A DNA stretch of 64,000 nucleotides. It comes from Oopsacas minuta. Its lineage: Eukaryota; Animalia; Porifera. The position numbers and the translations under genes are program-made. The stretch's first letter is position 1; every line of letters starts with the position of its first letter. The notes under the pieces were generated by a model. The model saw nothing but the letters and a program-made list of their open reading frames with translations, was not told where the DNA came from and searched no databases. Positions 1 to 12,100 of this stretch are shown piece by piece. Where the stretch lies: positions 450,619 through 514,618 of the forward strand of contig JAKMXF010000111.1 of the NCBI GenBank assembly GCA_024704765.1. Direction: 5' to 3'.

Positions 1-70
1 GTTTATGAGTATAGGAGAGTAAATAGGATTAGTAGATTAACAGTCAGAGAGGGAGTTAGTCTTGTAATTA

Positions 71-275
71 TCAGATTTGACTTTTATCCGAATTCCTAGT
101 AAGATATCTCTTGATACAGAACACTGCAATTATTGCAACAGCTAAAATCGCAGCAATAACGAGCAATAAGAATACTATTACTGTAATTAAGACACCTTCT
201 TGAGCATAAACATTTTCACTTTTTTGGATGGTAGCATATTGATTCTCATAAATTTGTGTTTCACGGTCGGTAATT
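71..275 (-). CDS. Terminal exon of a minus-strand gene or chimeric fragment: tyrosine-motif segment fused to a copy of the receptor TM/tail exon
   Basis: Acceptor tcag at 279-276, then an open frame ITDRETQIYENQYATIQKSENVYAQEGVLITVIVFLLLVIAAILAVAIIAVFCIKRYLTRNSDKSQI* (stop at 73-71). Positions 1-214 are the reverse complement of 13772-13985 with about 3 substitutions by eye. Confidence 0.55.
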
Positions 276-1516
276 CTGACTCAAAAAACTTTATGAATAA
301 TTACATGTGAACTTAGCAATCTTAATTGTCGTCTTCACGTTAAAACACAGGGGTTCAACATCTGCAGTAAATCGCACATTCTATGTAGACTTTTAATGTT
401 TGTGAGAAATTCTTACACATAACAATATGAATGCTTTTCTAATGAATTATAATGTGTAAAGCTACAGGTACACTTCTCTGGAAATTTGTTTAGACATATA
501 AGAGACATTATCATAAACATGCCGGCCTTCTTTTCATGCAATAATGAACTATAGCATAACTATTATTATATCGAACAAAATATCAGTAAGTTGGACGCAG
601 CTGATGTCCAAAGAACATCCCAATGTTTGCGAATTGACAACATCTTCCACAACATATACATAAATTCAAACTAAGGTAATTACTACAGAAATCCTTTTAG
701 CAACTAAGTATGAATTTGTGGAAATCAACATCACATGAGTTAAGATATCATTTATAGAAAATTATCTATTTCTTCTTACCACGCTGTCTATCTACAACTT
801 CACACAATGTATCAACCTTACTGATCTCTGAATTAATGTATTTATTCTGTGTTTTGTATAGTTATGCTACTATTACGATATTCATGTTATGGCGAGCGAA
901 TATTATCGACAATTATGAATTAAAGTTGAATGGCGTGAAAATCACTAAAATGGAATGAAAAATTTAACAAATTCTCCATATTTTCCAATTTTAACGCCAT
1001 CATCCTATTGGACTGCTAGAATTAATCATAGACAGACAAATGTCCTACTTCAGCACATCCCTATTTAGTACATGAATCGAAGAAATATTACGATATTGTT
1101 TACATCAAATTGGCTGTTGGAAAGCTAGAACATATATAATTACTACTGATATGATTAGTGAATTAATCACATCGAGTTTGGTCTTAAGAGTTAAGGTAAT
1201 TAGACTTTGCTCACTTAGATATCTCTATGAACAGATATACGTGGCTAATTAATATTTCATATTACCTTGAATAATATCCACCCCTGAAGCTCCTCTATAT
1301 ATTGGTTTGTAAGGATAAATACATATAACGCAAACACAAGTATGATTATATCGAATTATTGTGTTTAAAATATCAAAACTATGTTGTGGAAGGTTTTATT
1401 TGCACTAGCTCGGGATGCGGATATTCCTATTAGATCTCTCCTTTATTCCATACCCGTGTTGACATATTTTACTAGCTTTAAAATTGGGATCTGATAGTAT
1501 ACTTTAGGGGTATAGC

Positions 1517-1644
1517 CAGTGGCAGTGCCAGGGGGGAGAGGAAAAACGGGGGCATTTGCCCCGGGTCTGACAGATCCTCAGACCACCACTGCCAATTATA
1601 TAATAAGATTTTGTCCTCGGTTTGAAATCCTGGCACCGTCCCTG
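1517..1644. mobile_element. Short non-autonomous DNA element (MITE-like)
   Basis: Imperfect terminal inverted repeats cagtggcagtgccagg / cctggcaccgtccctg. Flanks ggtatagc and cgaatagc match 6/8, a possible degenerate 8-bp target-site duplication. Confidence 0.45.
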
Positions 1645-3174
1645 CGAATAGCACATAATTTTACCTTCTAGGGATTTTTCAGCAGAAAATATGTTTCTTC
1701 AATAAATCAATAGAAATAATTGATATAGCAATAGTAATAGCTGGCGATGAAAATTCTTCTATTCATCCAGAATTATTAATAAACATCATGGGCGGACCAA
1801 GGCGCTGATAATTGGGGGCAAAACTGGGCAGTGGAGGAGTTAGGTCATTATGCAATATACATTCGATAGTATAATCTTGATGAGACAGTGGGATTGACAC
1901 ACAAAACTTGATACGTATGCCCAAAGTGTGAATCACTAGTCAGATGTGACTATTTACTTGGACAATTGATTCCCTTAATGAATACACGTATTTCAAAAAT
2001 AGAAATGAAAGTCATTTTGCCGCCCTGTGGAGCATCAAATTCTTTCTAGTCAGTAATGTTTTTCAAGATAGTTTTACAAAAATAAGCACTTCTATTTCGC
2101 TCCACGTCCTCGGAGGCCCTTAAATCGCTATATTTCCTCGAATTTGGTGACTCTGACTCAGTTGGGGATGCTTATGACTCTCGATCCTAAAAACTTTTGG
2201 ACTCCTGATATGTGCACAGAGCTAGAATGAGCTATATAAGTAAGCAAATCCATCGAATAGATCGCTTCATTTCACATACATTGAGACTAGAATAGTACTG
2301 ATAGTATTCTAACTGTGTAATTTTCTCAATCTTGCTGTTAACTTTGCATCTTCAACAGATAAGATAATATGTTCAGGTAATATATTTTTAGATAAGCGCA
2401 GTAGAGTATTCAATCGGAGACAAGACGCGTGGCGGATCCAGGGGCGCCGTGAGCGGGGGGGGGACTATCCCTCCATCAGGATATATTGCATGATATGGAA
2501 TCATGAAAATCATGTCAATACACTGAATAATTGGCCCAGTTTGCAAACCGTAAATCTTAAGCTCTCTTTGCTCGCATATTAACCTCAATAGAATATTGAT
2601 CAATCTACGGACGGTTAGTAACGTAATTATTCGAAAATTACCTTATACAAATGGATGCAAGTCATAAATATGTTTATAAACACAACTAGCGCGCTTCGCT
2701 GGCTAGGTCCCTGCGGGACGGGCGGAAATATCCTTGAACTTTGTCACTTGTTTTGCATAAGTATGAAACAGCTACATTACAAAAAATGAGGAGCACTTAA
2801 TGCTCTGTAGCTAATAAAAATAATGTTTTCTGTATAGTGGTCTTCTCAGGAAGTTTGCTACGAAGTGATTTTCAACCTTTTTGTATAATAACGCCTTTTC
2901 CAGGGGGAAATATTCCCCGGATTAACCGTTGAATCAAAATCTAGAACATCATTTGAATTATTGTCGAAAAGGTGTGAAAAATTGATTAATTATATGATAA
3001 ATAAGTATACGTATGTATACACCTGACGAACATCAACAACGAATAGAATTACAGGTTACGTTCGGTGTAATACAGTTCGTTCATCAGGATATTAACTATA
3101 CACCAAAGCGTTACTCATACATGGAAGTTCTGTATAATGTATAAATCATACTTTGCTTCGCTAATATATTGCAG

Positions 3175-6100
3175 GAAACATAGAACTAAATTCTCTTAAT
3201 TACACTCTTTCATATCCAGGTGCAAATTTTGGACTTCCAGATAATGGATGCCAAGGAATTACATCTAGTGGAAAGTGTATAAACTATGTTAATAATGCGA
3301 TCGGAATAAATTGGGAGAATTCTAAAGCTCTATGCACAGCACCTCAAACAATAGCTTCTATTTCTTCCAGCGAAGAGAATGATGTGTTGTACAGCCTCAC
3401 TGATGTATCTACTGGCTACGTAGATTGCTGGATAGGATTTAATGACATAATTACAGAGAATTCATTTGGGTGGGTTGACGACAGCTCAGTTAGCTATACA
3501 AACTGGGGCTATGGTCAGCCAAATGAGGGATCAGGAGATGAAGACTGTGTACAAATAACTCCAGACTCTTATTGGTATGATATTTCATGTGAAGACATTA
3601 AGCACTGCTTATTTTGCAGTTCTGAAGGTAAAATATTTAATATTATTAGATGCATTATTTCTGATATTTTAATCATTATATCAATTTCTAGTTGACAGAT
3701 TTGGACGTGTTGTTCCAGAAGCAGGCTTGGGAGATTTTACAATCTTAACCCAAGACACTACACTATACTGCATTGAGGAGGGAACATACTCTTTAACCTG
3801 GCGCTCTACTTTCATAGGTGGATATAGTGACATTATCATTATTCCCACTCCTAATACGCACGGTGAAAGTGAGTTAGATATCCGCTGGATGAGCCGGGCT
3901 ACTATATGTGTGAGGCTACGATAAACAATGGGATACCTAAGATGTATACAGTAGCATTATTGAAATCTGGAATCTATCAAGGTAATCAAAATTCAAGTCT
4001 GTAGCACCTAGAAGGTCCTTAATCTATTCTAAACAAATACTATTCGCAGTTTTATATGAACGCACTAAACCAGGAATTATATAATATTTCAATGCATCAA
4101 AAAATTTGCTGAAAATTCCTATTATTGTTAAAGTGTTATGTATGATCATTTAGTGGACCCATTCGGAGAAGATGTGATTAACTCATTTTTCCAAGCTTTA
4201 AGTGACAACACTATCCTAACTACAAGCCAAACTATATACTGCCTCGCGAGCACAGAAGATACCTTGAGATTTAACTGGGTGTACATTAATGCAGACGGTA
4301 TTGCAACAACCTTACCTCATGTAATGGGTACCAGCAAGGGAGTTAGTGCTTTGTATATAAACACTGCTAATCCAGGTTCATACAGCTGTGAAGCGACACT
4401 TAATGATGGAACCAAAAGTATATATACTGTAATTCTTGCGCCAACTCTGTATACAGGTAACCAACTATGTTTACTACTAATGAATTCAGATTATACTGTC
4501 ACAAAAGATACTTTTAGCAATGCCTTCAGGCAATGTTGCAACTGAATAGTCCAATATTGGCTGCTGCCGAGTATCAGTATTCGGTATTCGGTTGACTGAA
4601 TATATTTGGCTGATCGACTATCTATTCGGTCGGAGAAGTTTCAACCTTGAATTCAAACAACTTAATTTTCCTGGGAAAATCTCAGATAACTAAAATTTTT
4701 CACTTTTTTGGCTGATTTCTCTGGAAAACATAGATTTTGAAAGTGATTAATTTATAAACTATCTGAGGTCTTTTTACGGAAGGTACTGTTATTAGACAAA
4801 AAGATTTTTCACTTTCAAAATCAAAATTTTCCAAAAATCATCCTAAAGTGAGCAAAGATGAAACTTTGGTGGATTTCAGTATTACATATCAAACTTGGTT
4901 GCATTCCTGGTGGTTAGCGGAATTTCGGTTACACGAGATTTTTTCTAAGAAATGATGTAGCATGAAACATGTCAATAGCTTCATATTGAATCTCCTAATC
5001 CCTAGATCCAATAATTGGATGTGATGCAATTACTGACAACGGTAATTGCTACAGATATATCTACATCGCTAGCGGGCTTAGCTTTTCTGATGCTCAATCC
5101 AGTTGTGAAGCAAATGGAGGAGATCTAGCTTCAATATTTTCTAGTAGAGAAGATAACTTGTTGAGAAGTCTAGTACCTAATAGTGATACCAATTGCTGGA
5201 TAGGGTTGGAAAACTTTGATGCCGATGCAGCCCAACATGCGTGGATTGATGGCACTCCTGTTGAATACCATGATTTTGACCTCAACAGTTGTAGACGTCG
5301 TAGAGGTCTTGAACTCGATGAACCAGTTAGATATCGTAGAACTATTGTAGATTGTTTGAGTATTGCTGTTCGAGGTACCTGGCGTACAGGTTCTTGTACT
5401 AGTACAAAATCTTGCTACTTTTGCACGAATAAAGGTAAATTTGTAACAATATTAATATTTAGAATTCAATCAAATATCGCATCTCATGATTCATTATATA
5501 TTCCAGTGAGAAAGATGTTTGCAATGCAATGAATATTTATGTTTGTGTAGTGAGTCAATTTGGACAACTTATTGAACCAAACCAATACACAAGTTTGTCT
5601 GATAATGCTATTCTGACTGCTTCAACAACTCTACACTGTATTACAGAACCGCTAGGCAATTCACAGGTTATCTGGAGTTATGTCGGTCTAGATGGGACAA
5701 CAAGTAAGACGTTTGATGTTGCAACAGATGCTACTACGGGGTTAGTTCATTGGATGTAGACATAAATACTCCTGGATACTACAGCTGTGAAGTGACACAG
5801 TTCAGAGGAGAGGATAGGAAGAAGTATACTACAGCACTACTCAATCCATATATCACAACAGGTATGTATATATTAATCTGTAGGAATTGGAGATAGGTTT
5901 ACTTACTAACAAATATTCAATATTCCTATAGTGATTTCAGCTGGAGATACACGGTATTATACACACGGATTAGACAAAGATGGTATTCTCCTATTTTGCA
6001 AAAGTTTTGATCACTCGGTAACATTTGGGAACATTGCATGGAGAACAGCTTCCTCCGTTGAATACCCTAACCCTCTAGATGTTAGTAATATCCCTTCAGA

Positions 6101-9100
6101 CTTCTATATGATTGATTGTATTGATAAGAGTACTGGTAACAAGCTATTTACTGTTGATTTACGTATTCAAGGTTTGTCATACACTGTGTAGCTTATTACT
6201 AACCAATATAGAATGTGTTTATTAATTATTTTCTTACAGGTCCGCCTGTTGGAACTATCCAAGAATTGAATATTGAGACATTTTCTCTCCCTCCTCCTCT
6301 ACTAAATAAAGCATATGTTCCTTACAGTATAACAAGAATAGATCTTAGTATTAATGTGATGTACACCAATATGGGTTGGAAAGGTCCTGTAACCGAATCC
6401 TCTGATAGTAATTTACGAGTAACAGGATTCGCAAGTGTTGATATGGGTGAATACTACTTTTATGCCATTAACTGGGATAAAGAGCAACAGTTAGCTTTAC
6501 GGATCCTGATTGAAGGTTTGTTCTGTTTTGAAAAGATTGATAGAAATTATGACAGAATTATTATACAAATTGAATTATATAAATATTCCTCTAGTTTATT
6601 CACTCGGAATCTTCCAAGGGGGTTCCATTTTCTATTTGGAGGAAAATTCAATTGTAGAAAATAGCGGTAGACTCAACTGTGCAGATTATGACCAATCTAA
6701 AATAACCTGGTGGTTTTCTGTATTCCAACCGAATAATCCACAAGTTGTCGAAAGTGACACAGGTACTAGCCAATTGACATTAGGACACTTACCTGCAGGC
6801 CTTCTCTATTGTGAGATACGAGAAAGAGGAGCATACGCGTCTACCTATCACCATCTTGTTCTCAATGATCCAAGTCTTACAGGTTAGATAACTTCCTATA
6901 CATTCTCCATATATAATCCCAAATGTAAATTTTTTGAGTTAGTCTGTATATGTATAACCACTTCCTCCAACGCCTGTTTCTCAATGATATTTGATTATTA
7001 TTATTATTATATGACTAAGGCTGTTGGTTGAATATAGAAATTTACAAGAAATTTTTCTTCTGAGAAACCCAAAAATTTCAATTCATCAAAGCTGTAAATT
7101 CGTGTTTTTTTCTAATGGAGCACAAAAATTGATTATTCAATAAAATCTTTCGTCAATTTCCTTACTTATAGATTTAAGTTTCACTGATGTGAAGCATAAT
7201 TCCTCTTTCCCTGCTTATTGAAGTTGCCTATTTATAGAGACCTCTATTATAGAGATTGCACTGTTTCAACCAGACAATCTCAGGCCTCAAATATGTATTC
7301 ATAATGTGCATTGAATTAATAAATGTATCTGCATGATTTTCCACAGTTGTTGAAGAATCAAATTCTTACATATTCACAAGAGATCAACAAAGCGAATTGT
7401 TATTATGTCACAAAGCTGACAACTCTCTTAATTCTGCTTTCCTTATTTGGAGAGAAGTGGGTCAGACAAAATTGTATGTAAATCCTCTATCAACAAACGA
7501 TATACAAATATACAGAAGATATCTTATGGAATGCATTGATGCTGTCACGAATGAAACAATATTAACAATAGACCTCTTGCTACAAGGTTTGATTGATTCA
7601 ATTTATCAACATATTAGCTAAATACTATACTCGTGTACCAAAATAACGATAATCATATACAATGGATGCCAGTTATAAGAACATCCTTGGGAGTATCAAT
7701 TAGTGCATGTTGTTATAACCGGCATACCGTAATACAATAATACAGTCAACATCCGATAACTTGAACACTGAAATGTGTTTGCATAATCGAATCTTCGTGT
7801 TAACGGATGTATACTATATATGAAAATCGTTTTCCAGAGCATCTTGCTAATAACCGGCATCCACTACACTGTACTTGTTATTGTTTGTATTTACTACATT
7901 TATAGGACCAGTTTTGATAACACTTTATGATGGATTCTATGAGAGTGCTATATCAACGTCAGCATCATTAAACTACAGAGCTCAGGATGTAGTACTAAGT
8001 GCTAATGTAGTTGGTAGATGGATGAAGCCTGATCAAACTTATGTCGAAGATAGCTCTATTACATTCTCAACTTTTGAATTGTCTGATGTAGGAATGTATA
8101 CCTTTTCGATCCCTAATTGGGATTTGAATAGTGGATATACAGGAGATTCAACAATAGAATTTACTGGTATGTATTTACAGCGTTTCCTACCTGTAGTGCA
8201 TGGATCAGGTCTACAGGATCTCAAAAATTCGTATTAAAATCTATGGAAGGGGTCCACGGGTGAAAAGGGTTGGGATACGCTGATCTATATGCTATTATTT
8301 TACCGACATTATTCTCATTAGTTTATCAAGCTGGACTTCTAATAACTGCAAATACGTATGAAGAATTGCCTAACTATTCCGTGATTCCTGCTAGCACGAC
8401 TCTATACTGCATAGATACAGTTGACAATGAAGTTGAATGGCAATATGAAGATCTAGCTGGTACCATTACTAATATCGAGTCTTTTACAGAGTCAGAGACT
8501 GGAGTTAGTTTATTGAGTGTAAGCATTGATGAACCTGGATTCTACAGGTGTACTTTGGATACCATTAGTAATAAATATATTCATACTACTGTCATTCTTA
8601 ACACTTCAATCTATACAAGTATGTATACAGATTTCAAATATTTGCATATATAACAAACAAGTGCATGTAGCATGAACAAGGCATAATCTCTTTCTCTAGT
8701 TGTCCAGCAGGTGGGTCAATTATTCACATACACGATTGGAATAGATGCAGCGAGCACGAGCCTAATCTGTGTAGGAGAAGGGAGTCGAATTTTTATAGAT
8801 ACTGATTCGACAGAAGAACTGAGTAACCCTTTAGAGGTTAGAAGTATCCCAAATGATGGAAATACGCGCACGATTCAATGTAGAGATACAGATATTGATA
8901 GCAAGATTTTCTCTTTCTACCTCTTTATACAAGGTCTGTTACATAATGTACAGATAGTCTCTATTTTAATAAGAACAGGATAAGTGGATTACAGTTGTGG
9001 AACTATCATGAATAATTGTACAATACGCAACGAGTTCTATCCGCTAACAATATTTCTTGTTTAAAGTATCTGCGGTCAACTACAATTACATTAACACACG

Positions 9101-12100
9101 AATATATCGAAATACCCGCTTATATCAAAACCTTAAATTGCATTATGCTACCAAACCTTCAAATTGACATAAATTACACTAATTTTATTGAACTCAGTTT
9201 ATATCGAAGTAATTATCGTGGTCCCTTGAGCTTACTGGTAATGCCAATAAATATAATGTAATTTCCACAACAGGACCACCAGTCATAACGCTAGATGCTG
9301 GAACATCCGACAACTACGAACTGCTATCACCAGAAATCAATTCAGCATATGTCAATCTTAAGTCTCCTAACGTAGGCCTACATGTGAATATTCCAGGTAG
9401 ATGGCAGAGGCCAGATGAGATATTTGTGGAAGATATCTCGATAATCTTTCCAGTATTTGACTTAACATATGAAGGTTTATACAAGTTCTATGTCATTAAT
9501 TGGGACAATGAGGAAACACTAGCTATGCAGATATTGATTACAGGTATGGTATAATTGTATTATCAAAGTATTCCTTAGTTTATATTTTTTCTTTCTGATT
9601 AGTGTATCCATTTGGAGAAAGGATTGATGAGAATACGTACAGAGCTATTTTCGAAAAAAATTCATACTTGACTGCTAGTACAACTCTCTACTGTAAAGGA
9701 GCGACTGACTTGGCTTTTGTCGCCATTGGAAGTGACTCCCAAACTCCAATTGATTCTGGGTCTGAAGTTAGTATATTTGATGCTGAGTCCCCTGGTCTAT
9801 ATATTTGTAGCAGCACTGAGACTTATCAAATACCTCTTATTGACGAATCAATACATACACGTAGGTTGAACGAACAATTTTAGTCATATGTGAGGAAGCT
9901 GCTCATCCCGCTAATTCCGAACACTTTTCATGTGCTTCCAACGCCCATAGAGTAAACATCCGAATCATTATTCACGTATACGATTGTTAAATATATCCAG
10001 TTTATATTCTATTCTTTAATAGCTATACAAGCATCAAACTCCTACACATATACACGAGATGTAGACAGAAATGATGCATCCCTTGTATGTATTACACCTG
10101 ACAACAGTGATCCATTTTTCCAATTTTGGGTTGATATTGAGGGGAATATGATTTCAAATTCTTACTACCTAAACGTGGATGGACTTGAGGATGGAATAAA
10201 TCTATTAATCTGTATATCATCTAGTTCTACGAATACAATAGCACTGACTGCAGACATATTCATACAAGGTTTGTTGACTTCAATAACAACAGAATCGTAA
10301 CTGGCTCTTACTATACGGGTCTATACTCTAGTGATCATAGTAGTATTTGTGTAGTATATTTTATAACCAGCGCGTTTCGCTTGCTAGGTCTCTATATAGA
10401 TATAATGTACCTTGTTGTTCCAACAGGTCCTCCTGAAATCACCCTGAATACAGGTACAGTAGAGAGTTATAATTCTCTTACTCCTGGTGACAACACAGCT
10501 AGTATAAATCTTCAAGCACAGAATGTAGTTCTAGCAACTAATCTAGCTGGTAGATGGCAGAGACCAAATGGAACATTTGTTGAAGATGACTCGATAACAT
10601 TTCCAACTTTTGAGATATCAGATCAGGGAGTATACAAGTATTATGTGAATAATTGGGATAAAATGGAAACATTAGCTATTCAGATACAACTATCAGGTAC
10701 ATCTCTATCTTATATGTATTATATTGTTGTATGTAAATCCATGCAAACGACAAAAAACCTTTAAAAGAAATCGAATGGGAATAATACATTCCTAATGTTA
10801 CAACTCACAAGCATAATCTGATTATTAAAACTTTAACTGCCGACAAGGAATAAAAATATTCACACTAGAAGAATCCTATACCCGAGGTGCACATTCACCC
10901 CCAGAAAGGACCCATGCACCAATTTTCATGTCAATCGAAACAGGAGATTTCTCAGGGTACCCCGCACTGACGGAAGTAGTACACCGTCCATTGCAATAGG
11001 CTATTTCTCTATAGGAACTGAATTAACAATACTTTTCTTGGATAAATGTATAGTCTCTAACTTAACACATTTCTTAACAATATACTTTAGTGTTTACATT
11101 TGGAGAAGAGATGGCATCAAATGTATACGAATATTTATCAGATCTTTCAGTATTGACTACAAATACTACTCTATATTGCATAACAGAGAAGATAGACATT
11201 CCAGAAGTAATCTGGAACTATGAAGATCTACAAGGTGTCAGGATATCACTATCTGCTGATACGGATTTCTTCACCGGGTTTAGTTCATTACTCGTAACAA
11301 CAGATAAATCAGGCTACTATAGCTGTGACGTCACAGAAAATGGCATCAATAAGACGTATACTATTGCCGTTATGAATCCATATGTGTATACAGGTGTGTT
11401 GCATTAGTTTTCACAGGTAAATGTATATCAGCTGATATTTGTATTATTGCTAGTTGTTGAGGTTACTGATTCATACTCATACACTGTGGGGATAGACAAA
11501 GAGGTTGCATTTCTATTCTGTCACTCATCAGGCAATTCAATCCCATTTCAAGATTATGGTTGGAGAGAGCTTGGCTCTACTGTGAGAACTCAGAACCCTC
11601 TAGACATTGCAGACATTCCTGACGACGGAAACACCCATGCAATGGGATGTTTTGAATCGTTGGAAAATTCAGAAATATTTTTAGTTAATGTAATTATTCA
11701 AGGTTTGTTGTGTATTGCTTGTATAATGCATACCAAACTAGTGTGCTCTTATCAGCTTTATCTCCATTGTATACATTTCCAAATGATTATATATTCTTTC
11801 AACAGGCCCACTCGTCATAACATTGGATACTGGAAATGTCGTATCATTCAGTCAGGTGTTTCCTTACATAAATACGGTATATGTTAATCATCAAGAGAGT
11901 TTGGTTCGTCTTGAAGCCAACGTAGAGGGTACATGGTCGTGGCCTGCTGGAACTAATGCTGCTAGAACATTAGATGTATCTTCTTTTCAAATAAGTATAC
12001 AGGGATTGTATACCTTCTACATTGATAATTGGGAGAAAGAAAGCGTAGCAGCTATGCAAATCTTAATTACTTGTGAGTATTTACATATTATTTGGAATAC

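Noticed and set aside
2388-2603. 71-aa minus-strand ORF with a proline-rich end
   Set aside because: It overlaps a GC-rich repeat terminus (ggcggatccaggggcg...) and has no recognisable domain or splice support.
2903-2918. Palindrome gggggaaatattcccc as an NF-kappaB site upstream of the receptor
   Set aside because: The spacing between the G and C blocks is longer than the 10-11-bp kappaB consensus, and it lies in a repeat-like stretch.
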